From: Spongospora subterranea f. sp. subterranea
Taxonomy: Eukaryota
Assembly (NCBI GenBank): GCA_049724395.1
Contig: JAUGWO010000001.1
Span: 186,001-219,852 of the forward strand
Direction of reading: 5' to 3'
Length of the DNA stretch: 33,852 nt
Shown here piece by piece: positions 20,818-32,664 of the stretch. The stretch's first letter is position 1; each line of letters opens with the position of its first letter. The notes beneath the pieces were generated by a model. It was given only the letters and a program-made list of their open reading frames with translations, ran no database searches and had not been told where the DNA came from. A program made the translations under genes and the position numbers.

Positions 20818-23800
20818 TTACAATTTCCTGGCGATAACCATGATTGCCACTATTATTGCATCTGCAATGAGCGCTGTGGACGCATCGAAGACGAACTTCG
20901 GGGCTGTGCAACAGGTGAATTCGATTGATATATATTAACAGTAGCAGTTCACATACCGAAAATATCCCAGACCATCAAATGCCTTCTATTAACCAAGATG
21001 TTTATCGTAGAGAGGCAAGAGCGGATCGCGTGAAGGAAGGTAATACACAATGCTGGACGCTCAAAAGCGTAGCCCTGATACCGTGAGTCCAGCTTGTGGA
21101 GACGGGGAGAGGTGGCGGTGTCGAGATCAGGTGAAATGAGAAGCAGGCATAGGGCACATATTAGATATCCACCGAATGTGTTCAACCCAACCATCGCTGC
21201 CGACCTGTAGTAGTGAAAATCTTCAAAGCCAACGAAAGCTGCCGAAAACTGAAGAGAACTAAAAGTATTGGCATGGCCAGTTGCGAAAAACAGCCTCAGG
21301 CTGATTAACCAAACAAATATGCTTTCGGAAATGGCGGTATGCGCGTGAAAAGGTAAATGCTTCCTGCGCAAGTCTAACAGGAAGACAATCCCTAGAATCC
21401 GAACAAAAACGAACGGAGACCTGGGACCAAGTAAGAGAAGCAAGATCGATGTGACAAACGAGATAAGAAACATGATGCAGAGTGATCTTGGGATCCTTGA
21501 ACTCAACGTCAATACGGCAATGCCAAACAACGCAGACAATACGTATACAGCTACAGGCAAAGAATGCCAGGACGTGTGCGAATTCAGATTGACAGAGGCA
21601 TCATACCACCAGTAGATGGAGATGAGTAAAAAAACGGATAAAGCCCAGCTCTGTAAAAGAATACGTGCACTTCGTGAGGGAAGATATAACGTTTTCCATA
21701 TTAGGAAAATCCCCATTATGGATAGACTGAGATAGGTTTGTAACAGCTGAGAAGCTGAGAAAAAATCTTCAGTTAACAAGGACCCTGGACCAAAGGATTT
21801 TCCATCTCCTAATGATCGTAAACAAATTGCAATGAGGAAACAAATACCAATGCCCTTGGTGCCTTGAATATTCATAAAACGGAGGTCGAACAGACCAAGA
21901 AGAAGAGCGCATGACGTCGAGACAAAACGGACAGACAGAGCATCAACGACGATGATGCTATTGGAAAACGAGCCCATCATATAGGACGTCACAAGCGCAA
22001 TAGACAGACAAATCGTTGGATGTGGAATTTGCAGCTCCCGCCGAGCGTGATATATAGACACATAGCAAACATAGCATAACGCACCAAACGCCATGGTAAA
22101 GAGCAAAGACAGAAAAAACGGAAGGTCGACAAGATATGATATAATTGGAGACCCGACGATACCGGTCGCAAGGACACATTTGGTCAAGTATTCGTTGAAC
22201 ATTATCGGCTCAAAACTGTATCAGCAATCAGCAAGTATTTTTCAACCTGATAATGACCTTACCTTAGAAAAAGAGCCGACGTCAAAATACCAAAAAGCAT
22301 GAGACCCATGCCAAGCCACATATGAAGTACGTTGAAAGTAGTCCACTTTTCTCTGCAGATTCGTCCAGATTTGATAAGGACAGATTGATAACGGGCAGCT
22401 AGGTCCATGAAATGCTTATCGTCATCAAGGGTTGAATTTTGTCTTCGTACCATGTAAAGAATATAATCGCTATCCACGCTTAAAAACTCCTCAGTCAGAT
22501 GTTGCATAAGTTCGGATTCGAAGACTTTCGACTGTTCGGAGTAGTCATGCAAATAACGCTGCACTTGCCAAGCGTTGATCCGCAACACTCCGCATCGATG
22601 CTTCCAAGGAAGGTCTGCATCGCTCCAAAACAAGTCGCTAATCACCATACCCAAACTGCTATATGGAATGGGAACGCCCAACAGCAAAGAAAGAGTGGGA
22701 ACAATGTCAACCTTTCCGGGAATATCAACAAGGTGTTTCAGCATGAACCAAACGGTGAATACCTGTTTGATAACGAGATGTTGATGAGGCGGAGAGGATC
22801 CTTGAACGTCAAAAATCGGTTTCTTGGAAAACATAAATAGGGCCGAGTTAGTTTCTAGCGGGGTCGTACCACCGTGGTTTCCTTCAGATGTCATTCCATG
22901 ATCACCGAAGGCAAACAATATCTGATTACCATCCCTTTACACATAAAACCATATATATTTTCAGGTGCACGTATAACTAACAGTTTCATTATCAATAGAT
23001 TCAACAAGATCCGCAAGAACATTATCCAGCTGCTGCAGCTTATCTTTCATGGTAGGATGGTTAGCATAAAACCGGTGGCCAACGTGATCGATCCCAAGGA
23101 AGTGCGCGATCAAGAGATCAAAGCGTCCTTGGTCAACCTCTGGTCGAAGATGTTCTATCACGCCGTTATCAACAGTATGCAAGTCCTTATATCACCAATT
23201 AGTATGGGTGGGACAAAGAAGAAACTGTTTCTATACCTTCACGTTGAAAGAGGGAAACGGGTATGCGCGATGAAAAATTGTGGGAAACAAATTGATCCAT
23301 GTATCGTCTCCCATCATGACAAGTTGCATGCCGTTTAAGAAGAATTGGTGCAAAAAATTGTCTTCTGTAATAGCACTACTGTCAAAATTACTACTAAAAT
23401 CTATAAAGGTGGGCATGCCACCCGTGACGATTCCTTTTAAACGTTGCATTGTCGTTGTGGGAGGATCTGAATTAAACAAAATATTCAGTCAATTGAATTT
23501 TCACTATGACAAAGATCCCCACCGGCTTCAAAGACAAACAGCCGAGCATGTGCTGGATCAGACTCTGAAAGCTCTTGAAACAATTTAAAGCGGTTTCGAT
23601 AGTTCGCATTTGTTGCATGTTCAGGTTCGAGGTTATCTGCATGGACGAAATCGAACCGAAGTGCATCAATAATCACCAAAATAGCTTTGTTGAATCGTCT
23701 TGGCGACCAGCACCCTGATCCATTTGGGGTAGATCCGTCAAGCTCTGGACTATTGCTATCTTCCCATTTCTTTAAATGCTCCAGATATAAGCCTGAGCTA

Positions 23801-24040
23801 TCATGGATGGAGCCAAATTCTAGAAAACAGTAGTATGAGTAGCCACTTAGACAGCGACCAACGCTCTGCACTTTTCATCGACGTAATATCTGCTGGAGGA
23901 GACCGACACTCGCTATATCGCGGTAGTTCGATTCGCGTCAGAAGAAATCCCATCGTGAAGATGTAGAGTCCAATGGCATGCGTGAATATGAGGCAGGATA
24001 TGGCCCCGAGCCCGCTGTCGCCGGCATGGGGTTTGGCCAT
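20818..24040 (-). CDS. PIGO: GPI ethanolamine phosphate transferase 3 (PIG-O/Gpi13)
   Basis: Multi-exon gene. Motifs: [122 protein letters not shown]. Stop at 20818-20820. Confidence 0.95.
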
Positions 24041-24269
24041 GGGGAGCGCGCTGGCCAGCTCCGATCAGGCAAATGATGATGATAACGCCTTTAATGATAA
24101 TGACAGTGCATCGCCCCACTTCCCTCACCCCACTCAACCTGACATGAGTATCATCATGTGTGGTAGTGTCAAACTGCACCTCTATAGGGATCGACATTCC
24201 CTATGTCCTCTATAGATACATGAAACAGCACCACTTAACAGCATCACCACCGCACAGGGTACTGTTTAT

Positions 24270-24375
24270 CTCCAAATTTCCGTTTTTGACGGCGTTAAGC
24301 TCCAAATTTCCGTTTTTGACGGCGTCAAACTCCAAATTTGCGTTTTTGACGGCGTCAAACTCCAAATTTCCGTTT
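24270..24375. repeat. 30-bp minisatellite, ~3.5 copies of TCCAAATTTCCGTTTTTGACGGCGTCAAAC
   Basis: Visible tandem units starting at 24271, 24301, 24331 and 24361. Confidence 0.95.
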
Positions 24376-24529
24376 CATGAAACAATGTGACTCCTACCAC
24401 AGCGGCTCAGCCTTTGGCCTATCGATAATTGTTGCCCCAGATCTCTTGCCGAGGATATTGACCGGCGTCCCTCATGTTTGGTGTGGGACGAATACCAAAC
24501 GTGGTCGTCGTGCCGGGGGCGAACCTCAA

Positions 24530-24790
24530 AATGCATGAAGATATCTCCTTATGCGGAACCGACCAATCCGGTTTGGACTTTTGGCACAAAGTCGCAGGCG
24601 AAATCAATCGTGACGTCACTGCCGATCATCTTTGTTTGATCGAAACGTCAACTCATTGTAGAGTGCTTGACCAAGAGTATGAACACATTTCATGTAGTTT
24701 GTGTTTGGAGAATTACACGCTAGAGGCAAAAAAAAATCTGTGAAGAAGAAAAAAAAAGTGTTCAAGTTTGAAATTCTGTTGGAGAAATGT
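24530..24790 (+). mobile_element. Possible Harbinger Myb/SANT-like (NAM-associated) ORF remnant
   Basis: HEDISLCGTDQSGLDFWHKVA resembles the EED..L...G.DQ....FW..I motif; downstream sequence is frameshifted. Confidence 0.4.
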
Positions 24791-25550
24791 TTTGGAAAAG
24801 TTGCCATATAAAAAGGTTCATCCAGAGACCAACAACTATCACATATTTTCATACTCTTGGTCAAACACCAACAAACTTGTTGATTAGTCGGGGGAGGCTT
24901 TCCGAATCGCCGAGTTCCCGAAACCTATTGCCGAGTACATCAGAAATGCTTTGATGGCGTGCAGTTTGCGACATTTAGACGGGAGGCGGCGATGGATTTT
25001 GTACTTATTGACAGCACCATTCTGCTTGCCGAACTGAGAGCTCTTACCAGATGTACAGTATAGACAATTCTATAAACATCCCATAGGGACCACGACATTT
25101 AAGTTTTTTTGAAACTCTTTGCGGCAATCGATTACATTGCGATGTGATTAACCCACAATGGAACCTGGGGTCAACCAAAAAACTCTGGCTTCGGTTGGGA
25201 CGAAACAAGACAATTTCCCACCGCTAGCGATGAGGTCTGGGACGCCTATTTAGCAGTATATTAATCGTTGAGCCTTTTCTCTTCAACTTCAATCATCAAT
25301 CTCATTCAAGTTCACCCTAAGGCGAGGGCCTGTCGATCGCAGACACTTCCGCTCTTTTTGAAACTAACGAACTGTTCGCTGACGGATCAAGGGCGTTAAC
25401 ATCTTCTGAGAGATCGAGGGGTCGGACGATGAGTCGAGAACCTGATGGCATAAAGTCTGATGACGATATGGGATACGGGGACTGTGTAGCCCCGTATTGT
25501 CCCAGCAATTATCCAGCCAAATTCCATAACGGAGGTGGATTTGGGGAATC

Positions 25551-25698
25551 CCGTTTTGACCCCCTAAATCCCTTTTGAAAATGTTTGCCAAACACGCCTC
25601 CGCATTGAAAATTTCGTTTTGACCCCCCAAAATTTCGTTTTGACCCCTCAAAATTTCGTTTTGACCCCCCAAAATCCCGTTTTGACCCCCAAAATTTC
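25551..25698. repeat. 21-bp minisatellite, ~4 copies of AAAATTTCGTTTTGACCCCCC (25608-25698) plus a detached copy near 25551
   Basis: Visible tandem units; they produce the periodic LTPQNFV / GQNEIL peptides in the ORF track. Confidence 0.95.
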
Positions 25699-27549
25699 AA
25701 AATATCGGGATTATCAGTGGCATCCAAACTCGCCCTTTTCTTGGCAGATTCGCCGCGAATCCCCTGATCACGTTCTTAAGGTCCTGAACAGTTATCACTA
25801 GTTTCCCAGCTATCAGTCTGTTGGCAAGCGCTGCTGCATGTGAAATCATATCCCCAGCGTCCACTGTTCAGATGTGAAGCCAGCGTTGCTCCTGGGGTTT
25901 GGATCGGACCCCAGTACTAGGGGAATGTCAACACGGGATGCTCTTCTGTATTCAACGTACCCAACTATTCAGTCAAGCGTTCCGCTTTGAACTCTGGCGA
26001 TTTGCAATCGAGTCTTAATATCTTCGAGCGCCCGCAATAGCTGAGTGCCGGGCTGAGAGCGTGATCTGATCAACAGATCAACTCCCCCAAACAACCACCA
26101 GATACCCGTTTTTCTCGAAATGGGTTTACCCCAACGGGAAATTAAAGACGAGATGACCTTTTTGAGTCAAAAGTAAAAGCGACATGATCAGAATTGACAT
26201 TTCAGATACAAAAGCGTCATAATTGATGGCAGTATCTGCTGAGTTATCTGGGATAAATACCCTGATTTTACTTCCAGAAACATGGATTTAAGGCAGTGGA
26301 TGCCTTACCAGGCACAACGATCATGTCTCCAGATCATCATCAGCTTGAGGAAATCGCCTGTTTTTTCTGTGTTGCTGACTAAACGATAGCAGCAACGGCT
26401 TGCGTTGTGACAGGATTAGATTAACCCGAGACCAGCCCTTGACCAAGGTCTATGAGAACGCGACTGTGCAACCCTCTGCAGAGCGTAGATAGGTCAGTCT
26501 CGATAAGTTCGTGTGGAATCAAAGCGAGGAGTTGCCCCTGCATCCAGTTGATTTCGCGCGTCTTGGTCGATGCAGTTTGGGCACTGCTCGCAATATGGAC
26601 CGCTTGGCTTGAGAGCAAGATGTAAACTGGATACCGCTGAACGAAACCGATCGCGAGCTACCCGGTCATTCCCAAGTTCGAGTAGCCGTGAGTTGCGCCG
26701 TCGTGAGAGTGTCGTTGACAGGACCCAAACGGGCAACGGTGGAAGCGATCTCGGCGTATGACACAATTGGAGTTCCTGTCGGCACGGCATCATTTTTTGA
26801 AAGCGATCAACGAACCCGCGCTCGCTCAGGAGCATAATATTGAAGGGACGTTCTGATCAAGAATCAATGATTCGTGCAGCACAGGTTCAGTGAGCGAGAT
26901 GTCAAGGTGTCAACTGTCTCAATAAGTTATTTGCCAGGACGCGAATCCCAATGGGTCTGGACGCATGTATTGATGACGATATTTGCAGGTGTCACGAAGA
27001 CCATGAACATATTCGTTTTCGGTCGAACTCAAGCTTTGCATAAATTTTTGGATATGGCGGCCGTCGATTTGCAGATCAGAACGGGAAAACTGTGAGCTTT
27101 TTACATTATGGACTGTGGAAAATACTACAGTACAGAGGGACCGTTCTTGCTCAAGACACCGTTCGATCAGCGACATTAACCGGCGCAATCGCTTCATGGA
27201 TTCTCATTCCATTTCGGCGCCGCGAAATTGGATTGACCGTGCTCTCTGCCGATGAATCATTCGTTGGTTCAACGATCGTTCATGAATTTGATTGCAATCA
27301 GTTGTGCAGTTGCGTATGTAGATAGTACTACCGGAGAGTTGAAAATGGCCCAAAAATGGCCCAAAATTGGCCTAAAGAGACGGATCAAACCTTGTTATCC
27401 ACCGATCTAATCGTGTGTGTGTGTGTTGACAACCCGAGTCCAGGCTCGTAATTCCTGAGACGCCAACACAGTTTAGGCTGCAGAACCGGCACATATCGCT
27501 ATTACCAACCTTCCGTGGTATTCGGTTCGAAATAATCTTTAGCCAACCG

Positions 27550-30300
27550 ATGGTGCCATGAATCCCGTCAAGTTCGACATCATATCGGCCCTGTCCCTCA
27601 AGGACGTAGACCTACCAAGTTTTAACCATGTTCTATGCCAATGGCGCCATTGAGAATTTAAACTCTATAAGAGATCCGTTAACATTCCAGAGCTGTCACT
27701 GCTCAGAAGTTACGACATGATATCGACCACGATGTTTTATATTTCATAGTGGTACTTGAGTTAAATCGCCCAGAGTCGGATATTTTCACAATCGACGACG
27801 AAGACTTGTACAAGTTCATGGATGATCGTGTCAAGCAAGATTCCGTTGCCAATGTCGACGTTCGAAGCATGTTCGACTCGCTTCTGTTTCATTCACACCC
27901 TGATCATGAACGATGCGCTTCGGATTTGATTATGCAGTCTCGCAGAATCATCAGTGAATCTGGGAGGACGAAACTATACCATTAAGAGTCATCTCTTGTT
28001 GAGCTACAGATCAATGCAATGGTAAGAGGTTTATATCGATCCATTCGCGGCAAGATCTCCAGCGTCAGCTCTTAACAACTGCGATTTCCGCCAGAAGTGA
28101 TGTGACCAGATTCTACCAAATCTTGAAATCTTCAATCGAGATGTTTATCAGATTCAATGGGTTGACACAATCAGGTCGCCAGAATCATTCTGCAAGGAAA
28201 CAATAATTTCCGCCAGGATGTTGTAAGGGAGACTCATTCCCGACATATTCACATGTGGGTGCCACACATGTGGGTGCCACACATGTGGGTGCCACACAGG
28301 AGCAGAAGTATAACACTGTTGTGGCGTTGTGTTTACATTGTGAAGGTCCTCATAATGTTAGAAGAAGTCGTAAGTTGGCTTCAGAACAAGCTCAAAAGCT
28401 CTTACGCGAAGCAGCCTCAACCACAACGATAAGAAACCAGTGTGAGTTTCAATTTTCAATGGCCGACTTTCATTCATCATCAGCGAAGAGATCGTGATCG
28501 TCCACCACCCAAAACTATTGTTGAGCCCTCGCAGACGCGTTCTGGGCGGCCATTTTCGAAAAGTGCAATCAACAAGCCTCACGAGCAGATACCGATGTCT
28601 AAGGTTATCGTGTCAGGTTCGAAAATGAGGAGGATTACCTTTGTGAACATGTGGATAGAATCGATGATAATTGAGGTCGTACCAATCGGATTAATGCTGC
28701 CCACCTTCCCACTGAATGGCGACCTCCAAAAAGGTTCATTGCGTTCCCGAATCCCCAAAGGAAACACCGATTGTTCTGCAATTCACTCCAGTGCCGAAGC
28801 AAATAAGATCAGTTGAATTATCTGTCGGAGATACCAAGTTTACGGATCAAACCGCAATCGATGAGGGTGATGAGTTTACTGTCATAGGGAACAACACGTG
28901 GCAGGTTCTACAAACAGAAGATCTAGAAATTCGATCAGGCTCGCGAACATTTTCGTTGGGCGACGGTTTCTCAATTGAGCCGCATTTTCTTGTATTGGTG
29001 GACATAACAATTTCTACATTTACTGGAAGCGTCACCGTCAGACGACATTGGGTGCACGTGCTCGACGATGATATTCCCGATGTGCTATTGGGCCGACCGC
29101 TGCTATCATGCCTAGGCAATTAGATGTGGAAAAACGGTTGTGTGATTTAGGCCAACGAATTCTTGAAACCATCGACGAACCGTCCGATCTAGAACATCAA
29201 CTCGACCAGAAGCTAATCGTCGATGATGATACTTTTCCTATTGTACAAACTCTGGCCACGAAGGATATCTCTTCTGTGTTGGAAAAGATATGCGATGATG
29301 AAAGGAGCAACGGCGTTTCTGTGGTTTCGGTTCAGGTTTTGTCAAACCTTTTTCAAAAATATCAGGATGTTTTCCGATTGAATCTTGGTCCTGACCCGCC
29401 AGTTAATGTTGGTCCTATAGTTGTGGAGTTGAAACCTGACGCTGTTCCAGTTTTATGTAAGTCTCGTCGCCAGCCACAACTGCATAAGGATTTATTAGAG
29501 GACCATTTCAAGCAGTTGATCAAATTCGGATTCGTGAACCTCAATCCCAAATCTCAGTGGGCGTCACCGTGTTTTTTCCGCTGCCAAAAGTGGTGAAAAC
29601 AGGACAATCCGTTCAGTCGTCGATCTTCGCGTTCCTAATTCGATGATTCAACGTTGCGTTTGGCCTATGCCGCATCTGTGTATGGTTGGATCATACCTAT
29701 CGACGTCGAAAGTATTCGCAGTTTTGGATGGTTTTAAAGGCAATTTCCGATTACTGGATCTATTGAGTCTTTGTCAATGATGATTCCTCTCGGTATCATT
29801 ACCCCTCTCAGAATATCCACAAGGGAATCATGGAGCAGATACTTAGGCCTGAACTTTCGATGCAACAACTACTACTCTGGATTGACGATTTATTGGTACA
29901 TGCACAGGATGAAGATAATTTATTATCAATCTCACGCAAGATCTTCAAATGCTGCGACGAATTCGGTTTGAAACTGAACGCATCCAGATGCAAGTTCTTC
30001 CTCAAGGAAGCGAATCATTGTGGGAAGTTATACTCATCAGATGGTTGTCGTCACGGTCCCGATTGTTTATCGGCACTCGTTAATATGCCTCGTTCCTGCG
30101 ACAGCAGCCGATCTGATGCAGTTTATTTGCCCTGCAACATGGTTGAGTCCACATATCATCGATTCTGAACGGTTTATTCAGCCTTTGAAAAATTTGTTAG
30201 ATATTCTTTTGCAGGCAACGTCTCGACGTACCAAATCTTTGGCTCGGTGAATTGTAAATAACCGATCAGTTCTGGACTAACGAACATGAAGAGACTTTTA
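27550..30300 (+). mobile_element. Degenerate Ty3/Gypsy LTR retrotransposon (gag, protease region, reverse transcriptase)
   Basis: Zinc-knuckle remnant CLHCEGPH (~28330). Pol motifs: VELKPDAVPV, SQWASP, VDLRVPNS...WPMPHL, FAVLDGFKG, LLWIDDLLVHA, GLKLNASRCKFF, HCGKLYSSDG. Many stops and frameshifts; intact LTRs not found. Confidence 0.88.
28250..28298. repeat. 15-bp tandem repeat x3 (CACATGTGGGTGCCA; encodes HVGAT) inside the gag region
   Basis: Directly visible. Confidence 0.9.
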
Positions 30301-30779
30301 AAGGCACTGACAATGGGCAATTTCGCATTCTGCAATGTAGAGTCGCTGGTCGAACTCCACCTCGCAGGTATTTGATCTTTCAATGGCAGGAAGTGGAGTG
30401 AACCGCTTTTTGCAACAGGGTGATGCTATTGCACTAGATATGATCAATACTGTGATATGGTCATTTCCCGTCTCCAGCAAAAGCCCAGCTCCACGACTAA
30501 TCAATGATTGGGGGTGTCTGGTCGATTCGCGGCTAATGATCTGGCATTTTTTTGTACTAAACCTGTAATTCTTATCAAGAAATTGATGGAAATGACCTTG
30601 GACAGATGCAACCAATATTGAAAATCAGCCTTTTTCGACACATTCAAAAGCGGAAAATCGGGATTCCAGAACTGGGATAAAAATGTTTTGTATTGAAATA
30701 CAGCCCGCAATACTTCTCAACACATCACAAAAGTTTGTGTTAAGATAAGAGACAGTAAAGGCAATGGTAAATCACGATC

Positions 30780-31967
30780 TCATGTATCCGGTTGGTCATT
30801 GAAATCGACATCACCTTCAATAGACCAGTCAATATCTGTAAACCCCTGATATCCAGCATCACCCAATATTTGGAGCACTTCCTTTAGAACATCGCAGATC
30901 GATTGTGCAACCGCCTCAAAAGTTGTTGCTGTTGGTTCGGCGTGTTGTTGAATTTGCAACTCGAATTTGGTTATCGGTGATCGGACAGTACCATGATTTG
31001 ATTGAGAAACTGATCGTGATAGGAAATTAATGACATGGACAATCTTCGGTATCATCTCAGGACGGCCAAAAAACAAGTCCTTCAGAGCGACACGATCTGG
31101 AGGCCAACAATAACAGAGGATAAAAAACAGGAATTGGTGATCGGGCGGATCTTTAACTGGATATTTAGCAGTCATGGCGGCCTTGTCTAGTTCAGGCAAT
31201 AAGTGATCTAGAACATAATGGTAAATGCCTTTGCGATATCGTCCTGCGGCTACTTCGATAAGATTCTCATTATATCGAAGACCTCTATCTTCCACTAGAT
31301 ATGTTCGAATATAATGAAATTTCGATTCAAAAGTGCTGTGGAGGATATACTCAGATTCCCAGGGAGTTAAGTGGGATACCCTGGATAACTTGACACCAAC
31401 TTATCAACGGTAGGAATACCGGGCATTCGACCACATACCCGACCAGGAATCACGAGCTTCTCCAGCTCTTCTTTTGGCGGGAAACTTTAAAATAACTTCC
31501 TCGTAGATATATCGAATCAGTTCGAGGTGTAATTCGGCACTAAGGGTATAGGGAGACAACACATCACTGATAAGGTAATACCGAGGAGTAGCCCATGATG
31601 GATTTCGTTCGAAATCCCCCTCATAATCATCAAATTCTACAATGACATATGTCCCTTTTGCCAGCGCTATATAATGCTTGAAAAACTCAATATGACCGTG
31701 CTGAAGACATGCTTCAATGTCACACCCGTTATACAAAACACCACCAAATCGCTGCTTCATCTTGTGTAAAAACCCAATATCACCGGACTCAGCTGCAATT
31801 TGTAACAGGTCGACGACACCAGTCCGAGGGCGAGGAATGGGATTGGAACATGTAGCGATGTAGCTATCGTAAGGCACGAGAATAAATCTAGTGTACTCTT
31901 CTTCAATCAAACCGACAGGGAATGGTAATTCTGAGCCGACAACAGATCCGTCAAGATCAGACGACAT
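30780..31967 (-). CDS. Hypothetical protein with weak ankyrin-like helical motifs; needs a 39-nt intron (31400-31438) or is a pseudogene
   Basis: ORFs 31404-31967 and 30780-31295 are in the same frame, separated by TGA TAA. These stops lie inside a gtatgt...ataag segment whose removal restores one frame. LLQIAAESGDIGFL and ACLQHGHIEFFKHY resemble ankyrin helices. Confidence 0.5.
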
Positions 31968-32263
31968 TAAGTGGAATCAAATGAATATTGATCTCAATGA
32001 TCAGTGATCCAAACTGTGTACAGTAGAGTGGGCGGAAACGGTACAGAAAAGTGCGCGGCAATTTATATGTCTGTGTACAGTAGAGTCGGGCGGAAAGTGC
32101 GCGGAAATCTATATGTTTGGATGACAAAGTACTGTACACATCTCCCTTTCTGAGCTACTGTGCCTTTTTCCAGGACCGCATCACTGATCATTGAGATCAA
32201 TATTGAATTGAATCTGCCAATCGCTCTCCACCTCATTGGCACTTGTCCATTTGTTTACACTCA

Positions 32264-32656
32264 ATGTCCACTGATCTTGACGGATCTGTTATCGGCTCAG
32301 GATTACCATTCCCTGTCGGTTTGATTGAAGAAGAGTACACTAGATTTATTCTCGTGCCTTACGATAGCTACATCGCTACATGTTCCAATCCCATTCTTCG
32401 CCCTCGGACTGGTGTCGTCGACCTTTTACAAATTGCAGCTGAGTCCGGTGATATTGGGTTTTCACATCAGATGAAGCAGCGATTTGGTGGTGTTTTGTAT
32501 CTCAGGTATTACATTAGAGCATGTCTTCAACACGGTCATATTGAGTTTTTCAAGCATTATATATCGCTGGCAAAAGGGACATATGTTATCATAGAATTAT
32601 TAGATGATTATGAGGGGGATTATTGCTCGCAGTTTTTATCTGCGCGCAGAAAATGA
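32264..32656 (+). pseudogene. 3'-truncated inverted paralog of the 30780-31967 gene
   Basis: Near-identical peptide MSTDLDGSVIGSGLPFPVGLIEEEYTRF...DDYEGD; similarity ends at ~32621, just before the transposase remnant. Confidence 0.8.
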
Positions 32657-32664
32657 CATCAAAA

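Noticed and set aside
24270..24375. CRISPR-like array (30-bp unit with internal palindrome)
   Set aside because: Units are contiguous with no unique spacers, there are no cas genes, and the context is eukaryotic.
25800..27325. Decayed coding-like sequence on the minus strand
   Set aside because: Many stops and frameshifts and no identifiable family motif.
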